Shown: in pieces, positions 17,170-25,564 of the stretch
How positions within the stretch are numbered: position 1 is the stretch's first letter
Layout: each line of letters opens with the position of its first letter
NCBI GenBank assembly: GCA_028871195.1
Contig: JAGWNT010000005.1
Span: 947-64,946, forward strand
DNA: 64,000 bases
Origin: Rhodospirillales bacterium
GTDB taxonomy: Bacteria; Pseudomonadota; Alphaproteobacteria; Acetobacterales; Acetobacteraceae
Reading direction: 5' to 3'
Translations under genes and position numbers: made by a program
The notes under the pieces: generated by a model
The model's database searches: none
What the model was told of the DNA's origin: nothing
What the model saw: the letters and a program-made list of their open reading frames with translations, nothing else

Positions 17170-19206
17170 TCAGAGGGCGCTGCACAGGCGCAGCGCGTCG
17201 TAGATGGCGCCGTGGACATTGCGGCTCGACACCGAATCGCCGATGCGATGGAGTTCGAACCCCTTCCCCGTCGGCACCTGCGGCCGACGCTCCAGCAGCG
17301 CATCGATGTCGGTGATGCCGGCATTGTTGGCACTCCCGCGCAAGGCATGGAAGAGCTCGTCCACCGGCACCGTGCCGTGCTCGATCACCACCTGCGAGGC
17401 TTCGAGCTCCATCTCGCTGCCGGTCAGCTCATGGCGGAACGTGGCGACCAGGCGGTTTCCCGCCGGCCGCACGCGGACCAGCTGATGGTCGATGGTGCTG
17501 CGCACCTTGTTTTGGGCGAAGCGCTTGCGATAGACGACGCGCGCCGAATACTCCATCTCCAGCCCGATATTGTCGTCGAGCGTCACGAATTGCACGTGCC
17601 GCCCGTGCTCGGCCAGATGCAGCGCGCAGGATACCGCCTGGTGCCGGCCCGTGCCGTCATAGACGATGACATCCTCTTTGGCCTTCGTGGCGTCGGCGAG
17701 CACGTCCCAGACACTGACGCAATGCTCTCCCCCCTCCAGCCAATCGACATCGGGAAGGCCGCCGGTGGCAATGATGACGGCACTCGGCTGCTCTGCGAGG
17801 ATATCGCTCGCCTCGGCATAGGTGTTGAGGCGGATATCCACGCCGAGGCGCGCCAGCTCGGCCGCCCGCCAATCGACGATGGCAACCAGATCGCGCCGCC
17901 AGGTCGCGCGCACCGCGGTGAGCAATTGCCCGCCGAGCTTGCTGCCGGCCTCGAACAGCACGACATCATGGCCGCGTTCGGCGGCGACCCGCGCGGCTTC
18001 AAGTCCGGCCGGACCGCCACCCACCACAACGACCCGCCGCCCCGGTGCCGCCGAGCGCTCGATCACCTGCGGCAGGATCTGCTCGCGTCCGGTTGCCGGG
18101 TTATGGATGCAGGCGACTTTCTTGTACATGCAATAGGACGCGCCGACGCAGGGACGAATGCGATCCTCCTCACCGCGCATCAGCTTGTTGACAATTTGCG
18201 GGTCCGCCATGTGGGCGCGCGTCATCGCCACCATGTCGAGCACGCCCTCCGCAATGGCGTGCCGGGCGGTGGCTATGTCGGTGATGCGGGCTGCGTGAAA
18301 GACGGGCAGCCGGGTTTCCTGCTTGAACGCGCCAACCGGCTTGAGGAAGGGCGCCATCGGCTGGGACATGCCCGGCATATTGTGCTCGGCCAGGGCGAGG
18401 TCCGTGTCCATCCGGCCAAAGATGGCGTTGAAGAAATCGATATGTCCGGCGCGTTCGAAAAGCCGCGCGATCTTCAGGCACTCGGCAAAATCGATGCCAT
18501 CCTCGATGTCTTCATCGACGACAAAGCGGATCCCGACCAGCCAGGCGTCACCGACGGCGCGGCGGATCGCTTCATGCACCATCAGGCCGAAGCGGGCGCG
18601 GTTCTCGGTTGAGCCACCGAAGCGGTCCGTGCGCAGGTTGGTGCGCGGCGAGAGGAACTGGCCGATCAGGTGGCCGCCGGTCACCGTCTCCACCCCGTCC
18701 AGCCCGCCCTCCTTGCAGCGCAGCGCCGCGGCCGCATAGTCCCTGATGATGCGGGCGATATCGTCCTCGTCCATCTCCCGCGGAATATTGCGATGGCGCG
18801 TCTCGCGCACCCGCGACGGCGCCAGGGTGGGCAGCCAGTTCATCACCGTCGCATCAGCCCGCCGGCCGAGATGGGATATCTGGCACATGATGGCCGCACC
18901 CTGCGCGTGGATGCGCCCGGAGAATTGCTGAAGATCGGGAATGATCGCGTCGGTCGAGACGTCGATCTGCCCGCCGCCCCAACTCGAATCCTTCGACACC
19001 ATCGACGAGCCGCCAAACATCGTCAAAGCCAGCCCGCCCTTGGCCTTCTCCTCATGGTAGCGCTGATAGCGCTCCTTCGGCATACCGCCTTCGTCGAGCG
19101 TGGCGGCATGGCTGGTGCTCATGATGCGGTTGCGCAGCATCAGCCCCTTGATGCGCAGGGGCTGCAACAGGGGATCGCTCTTGCGAGGGGCTGGATTTTC
19201 GGACAT
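17170..19206 (-). CDS. OYE-like FMN domain fused to an FAD/NAD(P) domain (2,4-dienoyl-CoA reductase / TMADH family; resembles N-methylproline demethylase StcD)
   Basis: 678 aa. DPLLQPLRIKGLMLRNRIMSTSHA...MPKERYQRYHEEKAKGG is the OYE N-terminus. RPCVGASYCMYKKVACIHNPATGRE is the Cys cluster. VVVVGGGPAGLEAA is the second dinucleotide fold. The StcD resemblance is from memory and needs a search. Confidence 0.8.
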   Translation of the reverse strand: MSENPAPRKSDPLLQPLRIKGLMLRNRIMSTSHAATLDEGGMPKERYQRYHEEKAKGGLALTMFGGSSMVSKDSSWGGGQIDVSTDAIIPDLQQFSGRIHAQGAAIMCQISHLGRRADATVMNWLPTLAPSRVRETRHRNIPREMDEDDIARIIRDYAAAALRCKEGGLDGVETVTGGHLIGQFLSPRTNLRTDRFGGSTENRARFGLMVHEAIRRAVGDAWLVGIRFVVDEDIEDGIDFAECLKIARLFERAGHIDFFNAIFGRMDTDLALAEHNMPGMSQPMAPFLKPVGAFKQETRLPVFHAARITDIATARHAIAEGVLDMVAMTRAHMADPQIVNKLMRGEEDRIRPCVGASYCMYKKVACIHNPATGREQILPQVIERSAAPGRRVVVVGGGPAGLEAARVAAERGHDVVLFEAGSKLGGQLLTAVRATWRRDLVAIVDWRAAELARLGVDIRLNTYAEASDILAEQPSAVIIATGGLPDVDWLEGGEHCVSVWDVLADATKAKEDVIVYDGTGRHQAVSCALHLAEHGRHVQFVTLDDNIGLEMEYSARVVYRKRFAQNKVRSTIDHQLVRVRPAGNRLVATFRHELTGSEMELEASQVVIEHGTVPVDELFHALRGSANNAGITDIDALLERRPQVPTGKGFELHRIGDSVSSRNVHGAIYDALRLCSAL

Positions 19207-19218
19207 GGCTCGGCACTC

Positions 19219-21093
19219 TCACTCGGCTGAGGCGTGAAGCGGCACGGAGTGGCCGGACGCAGCCCCTCCACTGGACTGGGCGTGCAGCAATTCGGCTTCG
19301 CTGCGATGGCACAAGATGGCAGCGCCCTTTGACAGGTGGCGAAGCGGCGGCGCCACTCGGTCGCATACGGTGTCGAGGCGAACCGCACAGCGCTCGTAGA
19401 AGGGGCAGGCCAGGCCCGCCGCCGCGCGCGTCAACCCGCCCGCCGCCTCGGCGAGGTGCGTGGCGCTGATGCCGTCGAGCCAACCCTGCCGCAGCTCAGG
19501 GACCGACGAGAGCAGAAGATCGGTATAGGGATGCCTGGGTGACCGCTGCATGACCTGCTGGCCACCGCGTTCGACATTGCGCCCCGCATACAGGATCATC
19601 ACCTGGTCGCAGATGGCGCGCACGGTCGCGAGGTCATGGCTGATGAACATGTAGGCGACGCCAAGTTCGCGCCGCAGCTCGGACAGCAGGTCGAGAATGG
19701 CGGCCCCAACCACGGTATCGAGCGCCGATGTCACCTCGTCGCAAAGGATCAGCGCCGGCTCGGCCGCCAGCGCACGGGCGAGATTGAGCCGCTGCTTCTG
19801 TCCGCCGGAAAGGCCCGCCGGCGGGCGCCCCGCGAGGCTTGCCGACAGGCGCACCATGTCAAGCAAGGCAGCGATTCGCCGCGACAGGGCCGCGCCACGC
19901 AGGCCATGATAGAACTGCAGGGGCCGGGCCAGGATGCGCTCGACGCTATGCGCCGGATTGAGCGCCATGTCGGCCATCTGGAAAACGATCTGCACGCGCT
20001 GAAGCTGGGCCCGGCTGCGGGCGGCAGCCTGCGGGGCCAGCGGCTCGCCGTTCAGCGCGATGGTCCCGCGCGCGGCCGGCAGCAGCCCGGCGACCACCTG
20101 TGCGAGCGTGCTCTTGCCGCACCCCGACTCACCGACCACGCCGAGCACCGATCCGGGCATGATGGTGAAGCCGATGTCGCGCAGCACCGGCATCGCGGGC
20201 ATCCCATCGCCGCCCCGTGGCCCATAGCCGGCGACTAGGCCGGACACCTCCAGCAACGGCACGGCGCCATGCGCCGGCGCGCTCGCCGCACCCCGTGGCG
20301 CCGGCGCCGCCGCGGCCAGCAGCGTGCGCGTGTACGGGTGCGCGGGTGCGCCCAGGAGCTGGCCGGCGGGTGCGGCCTCCTGGATCCTGCCGTCGCGAAG
20401 AACGATGATGCGATCGGCCATCTGCGCCACCACGGCAAGATCGTGCGAGACGTAGAGCGCCGTGGTGCCGCGCTCGCGCACCACCGATCTGAAGGCACGA
20501 AGCACCTCGATCTGCGTGGTGACGTCAAGCGCCGTCGTCGGCTCGTCAAGGATCACAAGGTCCGGCTCGGTGATCAGCGCCATCGCGGCGAGCAGGCGCT
20601 GCAGCTGGCCGCCGGAAACCTGGTGGGGAAACAGCGCGCCGACGCCATCCGGATCCGGCAGAGCGAGGGCGCGGAACAATGCGCGCGCCTTTTCCTCGGC
20701 GGCCTTTCGCTGCATCAGGCGGTGGATCAGCACATTCTCGATCACCTGCGCCATGATGCGCTGCGACGGGTTGAAGGCCGCCGCCGCACTTTGCGCGATG
20801 TAGCTTACCGTGCGGCCACGAAATCGGGACAGCGCCGCGGGCGCGAGCGTGGCCGGTTCGGTGGCGCCGACGCGCACCCGCCCGCCGGTGATGGCACAGC
20901 CAGCCCGCGCATGGCCCATCAGCGCCAGCGCAATGGTGGTCTTGCCCGAACCGGACTCGCCGATCAGCGCCACCACCTCGCCGCGCCCGATGGTGAAGCT
21001 GACATCATCGACGATGACGCTGCCCGCGCCGTCGCGCCCGGCGACCACGCGCAGCCCCGCCACCTCGACGAGGGGGGCCTGGTCAATGGCCAT
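19219..21093 (-). CDS. ABC transporter ATP-binding protein, duplicated (fused DppD/DppF-type)
   Basis: Two Walker A motifs (GESGSGKT, GESGCGKS) and two signature motifs (VSGGQLQR, LSGGQKQR). I prefer the start MAIDQAPLVEV at 21093. Confidence 0.9.
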   Translation of the reverse strand: MAIDQAPLVEVAGLRVVAGRDGAGSVIVDDVSFTIGRGEVVALIGESGSGKTTIALALMGHARAGCAITGGRVRVGATEPATLAPAALSRFRGRTVSYIAQSAAAAFNPSQRIMAQVIENVLIHRLMQRKAAEEKARALFRALALPDPDGVGALFPHQVSGGQLQRLLAAMALITEPDLVILDEPTTALDVTTQIEVLRAFRSVVRERGTTALYVSHDLAVVAQMADRIIVLRDGRIQEAAPAGQLLGAPAHPYTRTLLAAAAPAPRGAASAPAHGAVPLLEVSGLVAGYGPRGGDGMPAMPVLRDIGFTIMPGSVLGVVGESGCGKSTLAQVVAGLLPAARGTIALNGEPLAPQAAARSRAQLQRVQIVFQMADMALNPAHSVERILARPLQFYHGLRGAALSRRIAALLDMVRLSASLAGRPPAGLSGGQKQRLNLARALAAEPALILCDEVTSALDTVVGAAILDLLSELRRELGVAYMFISHDLATVRAICDQVMILYAGRNVERGGQQVMQRSPRHPYTDLLLSSVPELRQGWLDGISATHLAEAAGGLTRAAAGLACPFYERCAVRLDTVCDRVAPPLRHLSKGAAILCHRSEAELLHAQSSGGAASGHSVPLHASAE

Positions 21094-21922
21094 GCGGATC
21101 GCCGGGACGGCCGTGCAGGCCATCGATCATCAGGTTCACGCCGATCGTCAGAGTGGCGATGGCCAGCGCCGGCATGATGACGGCCGGCGCCCCGTAGGCC
21201 AGGCCCTCGATATTCTCCCGCACCAGGGATCCCCAATCCGCGAAGGGCGGCTGTATGCCCAGGCCGAGGAAGCTCAAGCCGCTCAACAGCAGCACGACAT
21301 AGATGAAGCGGAGCCCGAAATCGGTCAGGACCGGCAGCACGATGTTGGGCAGGATCTCGGCCCGCATGATGTAGAAGGCGCCCTCTCCGCGCGCCCGCGC
21401 GACCTTGACGAACTCCATGGCGACGATGTTCACCGCGAGGGCCCGCACCGTGCGGTAGGCGCCCGGCAGGTAGATCACGGCCGCCGTCAGCACCAGGATC
21501 GGAATGGAGGAGCCGACGGCCGCGACCACTACGAGGGCAAAGAGCAGGCTGGGCAGGGAGATCAGCGCATCGAGCAGGCGGCTGACGATGGCGTCGCTCC
21601 AGCCGCCATTCGTGGCCGCCCACAACGCCAGCATGCTGCCCGAGAGACTGGCCAGGACGGTCGCCAACGCCGCGACACCGACGGTGTAGCGGGCGCCGAA
21701 GAGAATGCGGCTCAGCATGTCCCGGCCAAGATAATCGGTGCCGAGCAGCGCCGCCCGGCTGCTGGCATCGAGCACCTGGGCGGAGACCACGCTGCCCTCG
21801 CCATGGGGGGCGAGAAAGGGCCCGAACACGGCCATCACGACCCAGAACAGCACGATCGCGAGGCCGATGGCGCCGGCCGGACGAATGCGGCGGCGCAAAC
21901 GGGCGGGACTGGCGATGCTCAT
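21083..21922 (-). CDS. ABC transporter permease, DppC-like
   Basis: 279 aa with a multi-TM profile and a family-5 permease N-terminus (LAIVLFWVVMAVFGPFLAPH). ATGA-type overlap with the upstream permease at 21919-21922. Confidence 0.9.
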   Translation of the reverse strand: MSIASPARLRRRIRPAGAIGLAIVLFWVVMAVFGPFLAPHGEGSVVSAQVLDASSRAALLGTDYLGRDMLSRILFGARYTVGVAALATVLASLSGSMLALWAATNGGWSDAIVSRLLDALISLPSLLFALVVVAAVGSSIPILVLTAAVIYLPGAYRTVRALAVNIVAMEFVKVARARGEGAFYIMRAEILPNIVLPVLTDFGLRFIYVVLLLSGLSFLGLGIQPPFADWGSLVRENIEGLAYGAPAVIMPALAIATLTIGVNLMIDGLHGRPGDPHGH

Positions 21923-22902
21923 CGGTGGCGCAGCCGCGGGTTGGACAGGATGGCGAAAACATCCGCCAGCAGCACGAGCAGCAGATAGGCCGTGCAGAAG
22001 ATCATGGCGCAGGCCTGCACCAGCGGCATGTCGCGCGTCGTCACCGCATCGACCATCAGCTTGGCAAGACCGGGGTAGTTGAAGATGGTCTCGACAATGA
22101 TGACGCCGCCGAGCAGGAAGGAGACGCTGAGCGCCACGGCATTGACGATGGGGCCGAGCGCGTTGGGCAGCGCATGGAGCAGCACCAGCCGCAACGGCCG
22201 CACGCCCTTCAGCACGGCCATTTCGACATATGATGAGTCCAGCACATTGATCAGCGCCGCCCGGGTCATCCGCGCGATCTGCGCGATGACGACGAAGCTG
22301 AGCGTCATCACCGGCAACGCGAAGGCGCGCAGCAGCTGCACGGCCGAGCGATCCGGCATTTCATAGAACATCGACGGAAGCCAGTGCCGCTGCACGGCGA
22401 AGACCAGCACCGCCAGCGTGGCAACCAGGAACTCGGGCACCGAAACCGCCGACACGGTCAGCAGCCCGACGATCCGGTCATAGGCGCCGCCGCGCCACAC
22501 CGCGGCCGTGATGCCGAGGACGAGGGCGACCGGCACCGCCACCATGGCGGTGAGCCCCGCCAGCAGAAGCGAGTTGGGCAGCCGGCTGCCGATCAGCTGC
22601 GCCACCGGCAGATCGTTCACCAGCGAGTTGCCGGGGTGCAGCGTCAGCAGGCCACCGAGCCAGGTGAGATAGCGCAGCCAGGCCGGCTGATCGAGATGCA
22701 TCACGGCCCGCAAGGCGGCAACCGCCTCCGGCGTGGCGCTCTGGCCGAGCACCGCCTGGGCGACATCGCCAGGCAGCAGCTCGGTGGCCATGAACACCAG
22801 CACGGAGACGATCAGCAGCGTCAGCAGGCTGACGGCGAGGCGGGCCATCAGCAGGCGGACAAGCGGGGCCATTGCGCGTGGTATCTCAGGCCAGCCAGAC
22901 AT
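21919..22902 (-). CDS. ABC transporter permease, DppB-like
   Basis: 327 aa, including VLVFMATELLPGDVAQAVLG. The start is at 22902, which overlaps the SBP stop, or at 22872. Confidence 0.9.
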   Translation of the reverse strand: MSGWPEIPRAMAPLVRLLMARLAVSLLTLLIVSVLVFMATELLPGDVAQAVLGQSATPEAVAALRAVMHLDQPAWLRYLTWLGGLLTLHPGNSLVNDLPVAQLIGSRLPNSLLLAGLTAMVAVPVALVLGITAAVWRGGAYDRIVGLLTVSAVSVPEFLVATLAVLVFAVQRHWLPSMFYEMPDRSAVQLLRAFALPVMTLSFVVIAQIARMTRAALINVLDSSYVEMAVLKGVRPLRLVLLHALPNALGPIVNAVALSVSFLLGGVIIVETIFNYPGLAKLMVDAVTTRDMPLVQACAMIFCTAYLLLVLLADVFAILSNPRLRHR

Positions 22903-24505
22903 TCTCGGCGAAGTCGAAGCCCATCATCCCGCCCGTCGGGATCGGACGGAGCCCCTTGAGGCGCGCGCTATGGGCGTCGAGATTGCTGAGGAACAGCGGA
23001 ATGCCGATTCCGGCATCGTCGCGGATCATCCCCTGCATGTCCCAGTACATCGCCTTGCGCTTGGCCAGGTCGAGCTCGGAACGCGCGGCCAGCAGGAGGC
23101 TGTCGAACTTGGCGTCCTTCCATTTGGACTCGTTCCACGGCGCGTCGGACTTGAAGAACAGCGTCAGCAGGATGTCCGCGCTCGGGCGAGGGTTGATGTT
23201 GCCGAAGCACAGCGGCGCCTTGAGCCAGTAATTCGACCAGTAGCCGCCCGCCGGCACCTGCTTGATGTCGAGATTGAGCCCGATCTTGCGCGCCGCGCCC
23301 TGCATCAGCACCGCCATGTCCACCGAGGAGGAAGCGGCGGTCGAGGCCACCAGCGGCACCGCGGTGGCGCCGATGCCTGATTTCTTGAGATGGAACTTGG
23401 CGCGCTCCGGATCGAAGGGCCGCTGGGCGAGATGGGGGTTGTAGAAGCGGTTGGTCGGGTCGATCGGCTGGTCGTTGCCGACCACGGCATAGTTCTGGAA
23501 GATGGCGCGCTTCATCTGCTCGCGATCCATCAGGTATTTCAGCGCCATCACGAAATCCGCATTGCCGGTCTGCGCCACGTCCAGCCGCGCGATCAGGTCG
23601 GTGTAGCCGCCTGATCGCGTCTCGAACACATCGTAGCCATGCGCGGCCTTAACCTGGCGGGTGGCGCGCGGGTTGATGCCGCCGGCGAGCTGGATGTCGC
23701 CGGCCAGCAGGGCGTTCACCCGCGCCGCGTCATCGGCAATGCCGAAGAACTCGATCTGGTCGAGATAGGGCTTGCCGGCCTTCCAGTAATGCGGATTGCG
23801 CACGCCGACGGAGCGCACGCCCGGGGCGAACTCCTTGCACTTATAGGCGCCCGTGCCATTGGCGGTGGTGAAATTCGTCGTGCCGTTCTTGATGATCTTG
23901 AAATGAAACGTCCCCAGCGCGACCGGAAGATCGGCATTCGGGGTGGCCAGCGTGATGCGCACCTCCTGCGGTCCCATCGCCTTGATCTCGGTCATCTGCG
24001 TCGCCAGCGGGCGGGCCGGCGAGCCGATCTTGGGGTCCTGGAGGCGTGTCAGCGAATAGACGACGTCGTCCGCCGTCATCGTGGCACCGTCGTGGAACTC
24101 GACGCCCTTGCGCAGCTTCAGCGTCCACACGCGGGCATCGGCACTCTCGAAGGATTCGGCCAGCACCGGCTGCGGCGTGAGGTTGGCGTCCAGCGCCGTC
24201 AGGCCGTTATAGAACATGTTGCAGCGAACATAGTCGGTGGAGAGGGATTGGCGGGCGGGGTCCACCGTGTCGGTGGTGCCGCTGGAATAGCCGGCGACGC
24301 GGATGCTGCCGCCTGTCTTCGGCGTTTCGGCGGCAGCCGCCAGCGCTTGCGTGGCAACCAGTCCCGAGGCTGTGAGCCCCATGCCGCCGGCCGCGAGCCA
24401 GCCCATCAGCGCCCGCCGGGTCGCGCCGGCGCCGGCCATGCGTTGAAGCGTCGCGGCGTCGGCGTCGTCCAGGGTCGGGCTCAAAGCGGGGTCTTGCTCG
24501 CTCAT
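22886..24505 (-). CDS. ABC transporter substrate-binding protein, family 5
   Basis: Preferred start is MSEQDPALS... at 24505. It has a Tat-like signal ATRRALMGWLAAGGMGLTASGLVATQALA. It is the first gene of a minus-strand operon and is divergent from lysR. Confidence 0.9.
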   Translation of the reverse strand: MSEQDPALSPTLDDADAATLQRMAGAGATRRALMGWLAAGGMGLTASGLVATQALAAAAETPKTGGSIRVAGYSSGTTDTVDPARQSLSTDYVRCNMFYNGLTALDANLTPQPVLAESFESADARVWTLKLRKGVEFHDGATMTADDVVYSLTRLQDPKIGSPARPLATQMTEIKAMGPQEVRITLATPNADLPVALGTFHFKIIKNGTTNFTTANGTGAYKCKEFAPGVRSVGVRNPHYWKAGKPYLDQIEFFGIADDAARVNALLAGDIQLAGGINPRATRQVKAAHGYDVFETRSGGYTDLIARLDVAQTGNADFVMALKYLMDREQMKRAIFQNYAVVGNDQPIDPTNRFYNPHLAQRPFDPERAKFHLKKSGIGATAVPLVASTAASSSVDMAVLMQGAARKIGLNLDIKQVPAGGYWSNYWLKAPLCFGNINPRPSADILLTLFFKSDAPWNESKWKDAKFDSLLLAARSELDLAKRKAMYWDMQGMIRDDAGIGIPLFLSNLDAHSARLKGLRPIPTGGMMGFDFAENVWLA

Positions 24506-24617
24506 GACAGCTGCCTTTCTGCGGTTGCTGGTGGCCTCTTTGTGGGGAGAGGCAATGACGAGCCGCATGTCTTCCATGTTTTTTTGCATGGGTCATGTTG
24601 ACAAAACTCAAGGGGGT

Positions 24618-24634
24618 CATACGCTGAGCGTATG
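24618..24634. promoter_or_regulatory. LysR-type operator candidate (T-N11-A inside a perfect palindrome)
   Basis: CATACGC-TGA-GCGTATG contains ATAC-N7-GTAT and hence T-N11-A. It overlaps the lysR start codon and lies about 113-129 bp upstream of the divergent SBP start. Confidence 0.4.
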
Positions 24635-25564
24635 TCCATGCTTGGCCGCCTGGTTCCCTCGGCGCGCGGGCTGCTGGTGTTCGAGGCGGCGGCACGCACC
24701 GGAAGTTGCAGTGCGGCGGCACGGGAGTTCAATCTCACCCAGCCCTCGGTCAGCCGGAACATCGCCCAGCTTGAGGCGCATCTGGGCATGCCTTTGTTCA
24801 TCCGCAGCCCGTCCGGCATGGAACTGACGCCCGAAGGCCAGGTGCTGCACGACGCCCTGAGCGAGGGGTTCCAGAAAGTCGTCGCGGCGCTGCAGGAGAT
24901 CGTCGCCCAACGCACCCGCCAGCAGGTCGTCGAGCTCTCGCTCTCGACCGCGTTCGTGACGCACTGGTTCATTCCCCGGATGGGCGCGTTCCACAAAGTG
25001 TTCCCGGCCGTGGATCTGCGCTTCCAGCTGATCTCGGGCGCGCTGCGCGGGCCGCCGGGCAATGTCGATCTGGCCATGCGGATGATGACCGAGCACGACA
25101 GCGAGTTCCACAGCTGGCCATTCGCGCCGGAGCTGATCATTCCGGTGTGCAGCCCGGCCTATCTGGCGCGCAACGGCACGCTGGAGCAGGCGACGCGGGG
25201 CAGCGGCCACACCCTGCTGCATCTCTCCGACACACCGCTCGACCGCGACACGCTATGGAGCGGCATCGTCAGCAGCCGCGCCCTGCGGCCGACCTGGATC
25301 GAGTTCTCCGATTACGGCGTGGTCCTGCAGGCGGCCATGAACGGCGAAGGGGTCGCCCTTGGCTGGATCACCGTGGTCTCGCGCGCCCTCGCGGTCGGCA
25401 GCCTCGTTCCCGCCTCGAGCCGGCGCATCCGCACCGGGCGAAGCTACCACCTGCTGGCGTCGCGGGCGCGCCCGGTGCGCGACGTCGTCGCCGCCATCCG
25501 CGACTGGATGATCGCCGAGATGGCGGGCGACATGGCACTTCTGGCGAAGCAGCGCATGGAATGA
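24632..25564 (+). CDS. LysR-family transcriptional regulator
   Basis: 310 aa. The N-terminal wHTH is FEAAARTGSCSAAAREFNLTQPSVSRNIAQLEAHLGMPLF. It is divergent from the ABC/flavoenzyme operon. Confidence 0.92.
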   Translation: MSMLGRLVPSARGLLVFEAAARTGSCSAAAREFNLTQPSVSRNIAQLEAHLGMPLFIRSPSGMELTPEGQVLHDALSEGFQKVVAALQEIVAQRTRQQVVELSLSTAFVTHWFIPRMGAFHKVFPAVDLRFQLISGALRGPPGNVDLAMRMMTEHDSEFHSWPFAPELIIPVCSPAYLARNGTLEQATRGSGHTLLHLSDTPLDRDTLWSGIVSSRALRPTWIEFSDYGVVLQAAMNGEGVALGWITVVSRALAVGSLVPASSRRIRTGRSYHLLASRARPVRDVVAAIRDWMIAEMAGDMALLAKQRME

